From a virus, in IMG/VR virus record IMGVR_UViG_3300044733_003647, positions 92,658 through 156,657 of that record: a stretch of 64,000 bases of DNA; one strand, written 5' to 3'. The notes under the pieces are model-generated. The model made no database searches, had not been told where the DNA came from, and was given only the letters and a program-made list of their open reading frames with translations. Every line of letters starts with the position of its first letter. Position 1 is the first letter of the stretch. Below, piece by piece: positions 30,554 through 36,554 of the stretch. Made by a program: the position numbers and the translations under genes.

Positions 30554-30584
30554 ACAAACATTGTTAAATTTTTTAGGAAGAATC

Positions 30585-30689
30585 GTGTCTCTCATACATA
30601 AACCCTTTAGTTTGCAGCCAGAGTATCGCACAATTAATTGTGCCGATGCGTCATGGCCGACCGGGTTTTGTGTAGAAAAGGATTGTTAA
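30585..30689 (+). CDS. Putative attenuator leader peptide (34 aa, all 20 amino acids): MSLIHKPFSLQPEYRTINCADASWPTGFCVEKDC
   Basis: AGGAAG SD then GTG start; 27 consecutive non-repeating codons; overlaps antiterminator strand. Confidence 0.75.
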   Translation: MSLIHKPFSLQPEYRTINCADASWPTGFCVEKDC

Positions 30690-30726
30690 GAACTAAGTTC
30701 TAAAAAAGACTCCAAACACAAGACCC
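30663..30726 (+). promoter_or_regulatory. Antiterminator helix
   Basis: GGGTTTTGTGT (30663-30673) pairs with ACACAAGACCC (30716-30726), which includes the terminator 5' arm. Confidence 0.72.
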
Positions 30727-30752
30727 TTAGACTAAAACTCTAAGGGTTTTTT
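30721..30752 (+). terminator. Rho-independent terminator (attenuator)
   Basis: ACCCTTAGA-ctaaaac-TCTAAGGGT followed by T-run; extendable via CCAAACA/TGTTTGG. Confidence 0.85.
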
Positions 30753-30758
30753 GTTTGG

Positions 30759-30829
30759 TGTTGCGATAAAACAACACACTGGTTGACAGGTCATTGAATC
30801 TGTCATACAATACACTTTGTTCTTTAAAA
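30759..30829 (+). promoter_or_regulatory. Promoter with TGTTG-N8-CAACA palindrome and boxA-like site
   Basis: TGTTG-N8-CAACA, TTGACA-17-TACAAT, TGTTCTTTAAAA (30818-30829). Confidence 0.7.
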
Positions 30830-30848
30830 ATTTATAGAGTTATTTTGA

Positions 30849-30922
30849 TCCCGGATTGTGTAGTGGTAGCACAGCAGACTTTGACTCTGTTAGTATAAGT
30901 TCGATTCTTATTCCGGGTGCCA
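30849..30922 (+). tRNA. tRNA-Gln (TTG)
   Basis: Cloverleaf, CT-TTG-AC loop, CCA. Confidence 0.9.
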
Positions 30923-31127
30923 TAAGTATGATAATTAAGTTGTCGGATGTGTGAAAGCAAGAGCCTCGAAATTCTTGTAAGTTGGACCTAATTAGTCTAG
31001 TAGCAAACAAGTAACACTATCACTGACGGATCCTAAGAGTAGAAATACTCATAAGCACAGGCGCTGATAAATTGTGCATAATGCTTCCAATGTTGTGATG
31101 GAAGAACTTAATTATCATTCTTATGGC
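30919..31127 (+). ncRNA. Stem-enclosed structured RNA 1
   Basis: 23-bp terminal inverted repeat (1 mismatch) 30919-30941/31105-31127 with internal hairpins. Confidence 0.6.
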
Positions 31128-31141
31128 AAAGGAGATATGCA

Positions 31142-31600
31142 ATGAAAAAAATTGTATTGTCTATATTATTGTCTTTACCTTTATTTGCTCATGCATGTAA
31201 AGGTTATGTGATAGGATTTAAAGGTTTGAATGATTCATTTAATTCTGTTGCATTTCAGAAATACTCAAATCGTTTAGGTTATTGTGGTAAATCTTTTTCT
31301 TGGTTTCAAGATAGAGAAGCATTACAATACATTCAAACACTAAAGAAACCTTATCGCCTTTATGGTTTCAGTAGAGGCGCACAGACAGTTTCAGATGTGT
31401 TAAAACAAACGAAAAGAAAACCTGAGTATGTCGTGACCATTGGTGCTTACAAAACTGCGAATGTTAATTTTGATGAGTACGATATACGTTATGATAATTT
31501 TTTTGACCATTCTGGAGTAGGTCAGAAAAGCCCAGGAGTATTTTTCAATGTGTCTCATGCAGACATAGAGAAAGAAGTTAGTGAATTTATAATAGAATAA
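31142..31600 (+). CDS. Secreted alpha/beta-hydrolase-like protein
   Basis: Signal peptide (..LPLFAHA), GFSRGA nucleophile elbow, late His (SHAD). Confidence 0.65.
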   Translation: MKKIVLSILLSLPLFAHACKGYVIGFKGLNDSFNSVAFQKYSNRLGYCGKSFSWFQDREALQYIQTLKKPYRLYGFSRGAQTVSDVLKQTKRKPEYVVTIGAYKTANVNFDEYDIRYDNFFDHSGVGQKSPGVFFNVSHADIEKEVSEFIIE

Positions 31601-31601
31601 T

Positions 31602-31693
31602 GGAAGCGTGCCAGAGTCCGGTTTATTGGAACAGTCTTGAAAACTGTCGATCTAGAAATAGGTCCGTGAGTTCGAATCTCACCGCTTCCACCA
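31602..31693 (+). tRNA. tRNA-Ser (TGA)
   Basis: Class II cloverleaf, CT-TGA-AA, CCA. Confidence 0.9.
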
Positions 31694-31696
31694 ATT

Positions 31697-31770
31697 CAGG
31701 GTATATGATAGTGGCAGTCGCCGAGGTTTGGAACCTTGTAGTGCAAGTTCGATTCTTGCTACCCTGACCA
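31697..31770 (+). tRNA. tRNA-Pro (TGG)
   Basis: TT-TGG-AA loop, CCA. Confidence 0.85.
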
Positions 31771-31780
31771 CAAAGATTTC

Positions 31781-31870
31781 GGAGAGTGGGCAGGATGGTA
31801 ATGCAGCGGATTGCTAATCCGTAGATCGTGTAACAGCGGTCAGTGGGTTCGACTCCCACACTCTCCACCA
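31781..31870 (+). tRNA. tRNA-Ser (GCT)
   Basis: Class II cloverleaf, TT-GCT-AA, CCA. Confidence 0.9.
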
Positions 31871-31872
31871 AT

Positions 31873-31963
31873 ACCTCTGTAGTTTAATGGTAAAACAGCG
31901 GATTTATACCCCGTAGCGCCAGATAAGCGGCTGATGTGAGTTCGATTCTCACCAGAGGTACCA
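31873..31963 (+). tRNA. tRNA with TAT anticodon (Ile) and long variable arm
   Basis: ACCTCTG/CAGAGGT acceptor, TT-TAT-AC loop, ~20-nt V arm, CCA. Confidence 0.75.
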
Positions 31964-31969
31964 ATTTAT

Positions 31970-32045
31970 GTGGGTGTGACCCGAAAGGCTAGGGAACGGA
32001 TTGCAAATCCGTTTTATGCAGGTTCGATTCCTGTCACCCACTCCA
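31970..32045 (+). tRNA. tRNA-Cys (GCA)
   Basis: TT-GCA-AA loop, U73, CCA. Confidence 0.9.
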
Positions 32046-32072
32046 GTTCATTCGCCATTCGCGAATAGAGAA

Positions 32073-32161
32073 TGTTGTTAAAAAACAACAGTATGGTTGA
32101 CAGATTCGGTAGTTCTGTTACAATACATTCATACGTTGAGAAATCAACATGTTCTTTAAAA
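32073..32161 (+). promoter_or_regulatory. Second palindrome-bearing promoter with boxB/boxA-like leader
   Basis: TGTTG-N8-CAACA, TTGACA-16-TACAAT, GTTGA-GAAA-TCAAC hairpin, TGTTCTTTAAAA. Confidence 0.72.
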
Positions 32162-32167
32162 ATTTAC

Positions 32168-32256
32168 GCGAGTGTGGTGGAACGGTATACACAGCAGACT
32201 TAAAATCTGCCAGGACCGCAAGGTCCTTGAGGGTTCGAATCCCTCCACTCGCACCA
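32168..32256 (+). tRNA. tRNA-Leu (TAA)
   Basis: Class II, CT-TAA-AA, CCA. Confidence 0.92.
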
Positions 32257-32258
32257 AT

Positions 32259-32334
32259 GCACCTATCGTCTAACGGTTAGGACGGCGCCCTTTCAAGGCG
32301 CAAACGAGGGGTTCGATTCCCCCTAGGTGTACCA
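32259..32334 (+). tRNA. tRNA-Glu (TTC)
   Basis: CT-TTC-AA, CCA. Confidence 0.92.
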
Positions 32335-32481
32335 TTTGTTTAGTGTTATCAAGGTATCGTGTATGGACGCATACACTATTCGGGCTCAACCGGCCGGGAA
32401 CGGGTCCTGATATAACTGCATCGGCTTTGAAGAGGAAGCACCTCAATTCTAAATTTGCACGATAACACTAAACAAATGGTA
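32330..32481 (+). ncRNA. Stem-enclosed structured RNA 2
   Basis: Perfect 21-bp inverted repeat 32330-32350/32461-32481. Confidence 0.6.
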
Positions 32482-32487
32482 ATTTAT

Positions 32488-32561
32488 GGGGGTATAACTT
32501 AGTGGTAAAGTATCCGGCTTTTAACCGGAAAACCAGAGTTCAATTCTCTGTGCCCCTACCA
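32488..32561 (+). tRNA. tRNA-Lys (TTT)
   Basis: CT-TTT-AA, CCA. Confidence 0.9.
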
Positions 32562-32672
32562 TATAAAAACACATTGTCATGCAGCACAGCCGAATCTGTG
32601 TGTAACTCCTAGGCGTAACCTATTGTGAGAAATAGGGGAGTGCAATTCTCATCAGTGTGTTTCTATATGGTA
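32557..32672 (+). ncRNA. Stem-enclosed structured RNA 3
   Basis: ~20-bp imperfect inverted repeat 32557-32576/32653-32672. Confidence 0.55.
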
Positions 32673-32674
32673 AA

Positions 32675-32828
32675 TTATTTGTTGAAAGCCTGACAGAAAG
32701 TGCTTAACCAGCGGCCTAACTCTCAAGGTAATACCAACCCTTGCACTTATTGCTGTGGTGGCAATCGCTTCCAAGGGGACCACTTTATTACTAGGTCTTA
32801 AACAGTAGAGAGTGCTTTCAACAAATAA
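32675..32828 (+). ncRNA. Stem-enclosed structured RNA 4
   Basis: Perfect 15-bp inverted repeat TTATTTGTTGAAAGC/GCTTTCAACAAATAA. Confidence 0.55.
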
Positions 32829-32900
32829 AAAGGGAGAATCGCCGCGAGGCGTATTCTTAAACGACCTGTAGAACTCCCAGGCGTCCCGTAGTTAGTTTTT

Positions 32901-32993
32901 GGAGGTCTTGATGCTAAGGCGTGTGCATCACCGGACTGTAAATCCGGTCCCTCGTGGTAAACATTCGCGGTTCGACTCCGTGGACCTCCACCA
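32901..32993 (+). tRNA. tRNA-Tyr (GTA), atypical D arm
   Basis: CT-GTA-AA, long V region, 5-bp D stem GATGC/GCATC, CCA. Confidence 0.82.
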
Positions 32994-33011
32994 ATTTAAT
33001 AGGAGAGTACT

Positions 33012-33215
33012 ATGTTAATTTCAGAAATATCAAATTATACCACTTGGGTGGGTGATATTAGAAAAACAATAGTAAGAGAAATTTTTAAATATGATGAGGG
33101 TAATGATGTAATAGTTGTAACAGTTCATGGTCAAGAATTTGCACAACTGTATAGTGAAAAAGGAAAAGAAGTTTCACAAGATAATAAAGGAACGAATATA
33201 GATATTCGTGCTTAA
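33012..33215 (+). CDS. Hypothetical protein
   Basis: AGGAG SD; 67 aa inside tRNA array. Confidence 0.6.
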   Translation: MLISEISNYTTWVGDIRKTIVREIFKYDEGNDVIVVTVHGQEFAQLYSEKGKEVSQDNKGTNIDIRA

Positions 33216-33220
33216 GATTT

Positions 33221-33295
33221 GGTCTCAAAGTGTTCATGGACGCACGTATGCCTGTCACGCATAAAGAAGGGGATCGTTACCCCTTGGGACCGCCA
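33221..33295 (+). tRNA. tRNA-Asp (GTC), atypical T loop
   Basis: CT-GTC-AC, G73, T loop ATCGTTA. Confidence 0.82.
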
Positions 33296-33297
33296 GA

Positions 33298-33500
33298 ACG
33301 TTCTGTCTAATCAACAGATAGTCTGACCCGGACGATGAGAAGTGGTGTGATATCCACGGGTGGTACACTTTAAACCGAAAGTGCGTTGGCAATACGATAA
33401 CGGTCCCTGTCGGGAAGCGGGTGGAAGGTATGCGTGATGGATATGAGAGACAACCAACTAAATCCTGATGTACTACAATTACCGCCGGGGGACGCAGAGC
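33298..33500 (+). ncRNA. GC-rich multibranch structured RNA 5
   Basis: No credible ORF; several local stems (CACTTT/AAAGTG, GTCCC/GGGAC, GCGG/CCGC). Confidence 0.5.
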
Positions 33501-33591
33501 ATATTGAAACACATTCGCCTTCCCATGGTGGGAAGGTCCCGTAAAGCTGTCCTAGGCGGTGGGGTAGTTGCAAGAAGTGTGTTTCAATATG
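33500..33591 (+). ncRNA. Stem-enclosed structured RNA 6
   Basis: 14-bp inverted repeat CATATTGAAACACA/TGTGTTTCAATATG. Confidence 0.55.
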
Positions 33592-33725
33592 GTGTCTGCA
33601 AACTGCTCACTTGTTGAACCTATAATTTACTAGACGGGTGACTAGGATGGTTCGCAACCTTAAAGGTATGATCCGTACAGCGTTAACGGACAGTCTAGTA
33701 AGTCGGATATGAGCACCGACCACCA
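33591..33725 (+). ncRNA. Rod-like RNA 7 ending in ACCA
   Basis: Nested pairings GGTG/CACC, TGCTCA/TGAGCA, TTACTAGAC/GTCTAGTAA. Confidence 0.5.
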
Positions 33726-33737
33726 TTTTATTTTTAT

Positions 33738-33812
33738 TCCAGTGTAGCACAGCGGTAGTGCAGGTGACTGTTAATCACTTGGTCGTTGGTTCGATCCCAG
33801 CCACTGGAGCCA
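33738..33812 (+). tRNA. tRNA-Asn (GTT)
   Basis: CT-GTT-AA, G73, CCA. Confidence 0.93.
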
Positions 33813-33819
33813 ATTTAAT

Positions 33820-33896
33820 CCGAGTATAGCGCAGTCTGGTAGCGCACCTGGTTTGGGACCAGGGGGTCGGGAGTTCGAACCTCTCTACTCGGACCA
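33820..33896 (+). tRNA. tRNA-Pro (TGG), second copy
   Basis: TT-TGG-GA, canonical Pro body, CCA. Confidence 0.93.
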
Positions 33897-33950
33897 ACAC
33901 TCGCCTTGACTTATGGCGTATAATAAGAAAAATAATAAGTCATCTTTTTT

Positions 33951-34026
33951 GGGCTGATAGTGATACTGGGGTACACGCTGGTTTTGCAATCCAGAGATAG
34001 GAGTTCGATCCTCCTTCGGTCCACCA
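33951..34026 (+). tRNA. tRNA-Ala (TGC)
   Basis: TT-TGC-AA, G3:U70, CCA. Confidence 0.85.
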
Positions 34027-34032
34027 ATTAAT

Positions 34033-34107
34033 GGTACTATGACGTAGACGGATGCGTACCGGTTTCATAAGCCGAGGAGATTGGATCGTTACCAATTAGT
34101 ACCACCA
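34033..34107 (+). tRNA. tRNA-Met (CAT), atypical T loop
   Basis: TT-CAT-AA, T loop ATCGTTA, CCA. Confidence 0.78.
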
Positions 34108-34110
34108 TAA

Positions 34111-34188
34111 CCGCCCGTAACTCAGTGGACTTAGAGTGCTTGGCTACGAACTAAGAAGTCGGGAGTTCGAATCTCTCCGGGCGGTCCA
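34111..34188 (+). tRNA. tRNA-Arg (ACG)
   Basis: CT-ACG-AA, CCA. Confidence 0.9.
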
Positions 34189-34192
34189 TTTT

Positions 34193-34267
34193 ACCCTTGT
34201 AGCTCAGAGGAAGAGCACCGTCTTGATAAGGCGTAGGTCGACATTTCGAAATTGTCCAAGGGTACCA
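34193..34267 (+). tRNA. tRNA-Ile (GAT)
   Basis: TT-GAT-AA, CCA. Confidence 0.85.
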
Positions 34268-34270
34268 AAT

Positions 34271-34344
34271 ATCTCGCTGGTGTAATGGCAGCATCACAGT
34301 CTCCAAAACTGTTGGTCGGGGTTCGAGTCCCTGGCGGGATGCCA
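34271..34344 (+). tRNA. tRNA-Trp (CCA)
   Basis: CT-CCA-AA, G73, CCA. Confidence 0.9.
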
Positions 34345-34370
34345 TAAGTAAAATAAGAAAGGTGATTGAT

Positions 34371-34859
34371 ATGAAAAATTTCAATTTGCAAGAAGTAAAA
34401 GAATTTGTCTTGAATCAAGGACCCGATACGAAAGTTTATTTGGGTGCAGACTCAGAACGTATTCGTGTTAATGGTGTTTGGTATGCAGATTATGCTCTTG
34501 CAGTTGTAGTTCATATCGATGGTCGCCATGGTTGTAAAATCTTTGGTTATGTTGAGAGAGAACTGGATTACGATCATAAGAAAAGTAAACCAGCAATGCG
34601 TCTGATGACTGAAGTTTATAAAGTGTCTGAATTGTTCCAAAGTTTGGCTGATGTGTTGGAAGACCGTCATGTTGAAGTTCACTTAGACCTTAATAAGTCT
34701 GATGAATACGGAAGTTCATGCGTTGTACAACAAGCAATTGGTTATATCAAAGGTACATGTAACATGACACCTATGGTTAAACCAGATGCACCAGCTGCTT
34801 CGTTCTGTGCAGACCGATTAAAACGGATTCTTACAGAACAAGTAACTGTAACATGTTAA
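34371..34859 (+). CDS. RNase H-like YkuK (DUF458) family protein
   Basis: YLGADSE, RLMTEV, EVHLDLN, KPDAPAASFCADR. Confidence 0.8.
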   Translation: MKNFNLQEVKEFVLNQGPDTKVYLGADSERIRVNGVWYADYALAVVVHIDGRHGCKIFGYVERELDYDHKKSKPAMRLMTEVYKVSELFQSLADVLEDRHVEVHLDLNKSDEYGSSCVVQQAIGYIKGTCNMTPMVKPDAPAASFCADRLKRILTEQVTVTC

Positions 34860-34866
34860 TGACGAT

Positions 34867-34942
34867 GGAGTTATTAGTGTAGTGGACTGCACACCTTGCT
34901 GTGACCGAGGTAGTATGAGTTCGATCCTCATATAACTCCCCA
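34867..34942 (+). tRNA. tRNA-His (GTG)
   Basis: CT-GTG-AC, G-1:C73, CCA. Confidence 0.9.
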
Positions 34943-34948
34943 AATTAT

Positions 34949-35023
34949 GCCTTGTTAACTCAGCGGTAGAGTGTCTCCCTTACAAGGAGAAGGTCGGCGG
35001 TTCGATCCCGTCACAAGGTACCA
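34949..35023 (+). tRNA. tRNA-Val (TAC)
   Basis: CT-TAC-AA, CCA. Confidence 0.92.
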
Positions 35024-35026
35024 ATT

Positions 35027-35102
35027 GCTGCTTTAGCTGATGTGGTCATAGCGGCGGCCTGAAGAGCCGTTGAAGTTGGTTCGATTCCAACAGGCAGCGC
35101 CA
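35027..35102 (+). tRNA. tRNA-Phe (GAA)
   Basis: CT-GAA-GA, CCA. Confidence 0.85.
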
Positions 35103-35103
35103 A

Positions 35104-35177
35104 GCTCTCATAGTATAATGGTATTACATACCCTTGGTAAGGGTAAAACACAAGTTCAATTCTTGTTGGGAGCACCA
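35104..35177 (+). tRNA. tRNA-Thr (GGT)
   Basis: TT-GGT-AA, CCA. Confidence 0.9.
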
Positions 35178-35320
35178 ATGTTGGGAATAACCAACGGTTT
35201 GAATTCAGCTTTCGCTTGATTAATTATTGGATGTGGTGTAAAATACCTACTTGTTGTAAGATAAATGCAGTGATGCACATTAGCTGAGATTTTTATAGGT
35301 TCATTCATAAAAGTATATAT

Positions 35321-35397
35321 GCCCCGGTGACGGAATCGGTATACGTGTTGGTCTTAGAAACCAAATTTTGGGAGTTCAAATCTCCCCTGGGGCACCA
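35321..35397 (+). tRNA. tRNA-Leu (TAG), short variable loop
   Basis: CT-TAG-AA, Leu-type D arm but no long V arm, CCA. Confidence 0.85.
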
Positions 35398-35403
35398 AAA
35401 TTT

Positions 35404-35478
35404 CTGGCGTTCGTATAATGGATAATACAGGGGTCTTCTAAGCCCTTAATAGGAGTTCGATTCTCTTACGCCGGGCCA
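35404..35478 (+). tRNA. tRNA-Arg (TCT)
   Basis: CT-TCT-AA, CCA. Confidence 0.88.
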
Positions 35479-35493
35479 AGATAAGGAGTTAAA

Positions 35494-36081
35494 ATGCCAG
35501 CAGTTTTCTTAGTGAGTGATACACATTTTGGCCATGCTGGAGTGTGTAGGTTTATGCGCGCTGATGGTGTGACTAAACTTCGACCATGGGATAATCCTGA
35601 AGAAATGGATGAAGAAATGGTGAAACGTTGGAACGAAACAGTTCGGCGAAATGATAAAGTATATCATCTTGGTGATGTTGTTATCAATCGCAAGTCACTT
35701 AATATTATGCGCCGATTAAACGGTGATAAAGTATTAATTCGTGGTAACCATGACATTTTTAAACTTGAAGATTACACAAAATATTTTAGAGACATTCGTG
35801 GTTATCATGTGATGAACGGAATGATTCTGTCTCATATTCCGGTACATGAAGAAAGTCTAGGTCGTTTTGGTGTTAATATTCATGGTCATTTACATGCCAA
35901 TCGTGTGCTTCGTACAGTGAAAACTTTCACTGTGGAAGAACCTGTGATTGATTCACGTTACCATTGTGTTTGTGTTGAACAAACTGATTTTAGACCTATT
36001 CTTTTTGAAGACGTTATGAAGAAAATAAAAGAAGAAGGTGGTGAAATTGGTTTTCGCAATGGTAATGGTCCAACTATGTGA
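35494..36081 (+). CDS. Calcineurin-like metallophosphoesterase
   Basis: SDTHFGH, HLGD, GNHD, HGHLH. Confidence 0.9.
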   Translation: MPAVFLVSDTHFGHAGVCRFMRADGVTKLRPWDNPEEMDEEMVKRWNETVRRNDKVYHLGDVVINRKSLNIMRRLNGDKVLIRGNHDIFKLEDYTKYFRDIRGYHVMNGMILSHIPVHEESLGRFGVNIHGHLHANRVLRTVKTFTVEEPVIDSRYHCVCVEQTDFRPILFEDVMKKIKEEGGEIGFRNGNGPTM

Positions 36082-36082
36082 T

Positions 36083-36167
36083 GCGAGTGTGGCGGAATTG
36101 GTAGACGCAGCAGACTCAAAATCTGCCGCCGCAAGGCGTGTCGGTTCGATTCCGACCATTCGTACCA
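36083..36167 (+). tRNA. tRNA-Leu (CAA)
   Basis: Class II, CT-CAA-AA, CCA. Confidence 0.93.
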
Positions 36168-36177
36168 AAAGTAGTTG

Positions 36178-36206
36178 TTGACAATACAAAAAAAGGCCTA
36201 TATAAT
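36178..36206 (+). promoter_or_regulatory. sigma70 promoter within tRNA array
   Basis: TTGACA-17-TATAAT; spacer resembles that at 30525. Confidence 0.8.
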
Positions 36207-36228
36207 AACTCTATAAATTTAAATTGAT

Positions 36229-36303
36229 GCGGGTATGGTGCTAGTGGTAACACAAGACCTTGCCAAGGTTTAGTTGTGAGTTCGATTCTCACTACCCGCT
36301 CCA
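36229..36303 (+). tRNA. tRNA-Gly (GCC)
   Basis: TT-GCC-AA, U73, CCA. Confidence 0.92.
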
Positions 36304-36310
36304 AGATTTT

Positions 36311-36384
36311 GCCCTATTAGTATAATGGTATTACACCGGTTTTGTAATCCGGGTACGGGAGTTCGATTCTCTCATGGGGCACCA
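36311..36384 (+). tRNA. tRNA-Thr (TGT)
   Basis: TT-TGT-AA, CCA. Confidence 0.88.
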
Positions 36385-36392
36385 AGTTAGTT

Positions 36393-36466
36393 GCGGGATT
36401 CGTATAATGGTAATACCTTAGCCTTCCAAGCTAAAGCCAGGAGTTCGATTCTCCTATCCCGCTCCA
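36393..36466 (+). tRNA. tRNA-Gly (TCC)
   Basis: CT-TCC-AA, U73, CCA. Confidence 0.92.
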
Positions 36467-36473
36467 GTTTTAT

Positions 36474-36540
36474 GCGGTGTGTAATAATACGACATGGAGT
36501 ACCCCTTCATGTTAGCTGTGTGAATCAGTACACCGCTCCA
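36474..36540 (+). ncRNA. Non-canonical 67-nt tRNA-like RNA with Gly-type acceptor
   Basis: GCGGTGT/ACACCGC-T-CCA; shrunken D arm, 8-9 bp anticodon stem, odd T loop. Confidence 0.65.
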
Positions 36541-36554
36541 TTTTTGAGGACATT

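Noticed and set aside
33298-33725. tmRNA, RNase P or SRP RNA assignment
   Set aside because: No recognisable tmRNA Ala acceptor/tag ORF, RNase P GAGGAAAGUCC or SRP GGAA-loop consensus; left as unassigned ncRNA.
35178-35320. Spacer between tRNA-Thr and tRNA-Leu; short minus-strand ORF MNEPIKISAK..
   Set aside because: Only 20 codons, no SD, and no convincing long stem; insufficient support.
31623-36304. Minus-strand ORFs over the tRNA array (31623..31871, 33255..33512, 33370..33573, 34151..34418, 35953..36304)
   Set aside because: Reverse-complement translations of tRNA/ncRNA genes (typical GVEPT/RFELT artefacts).
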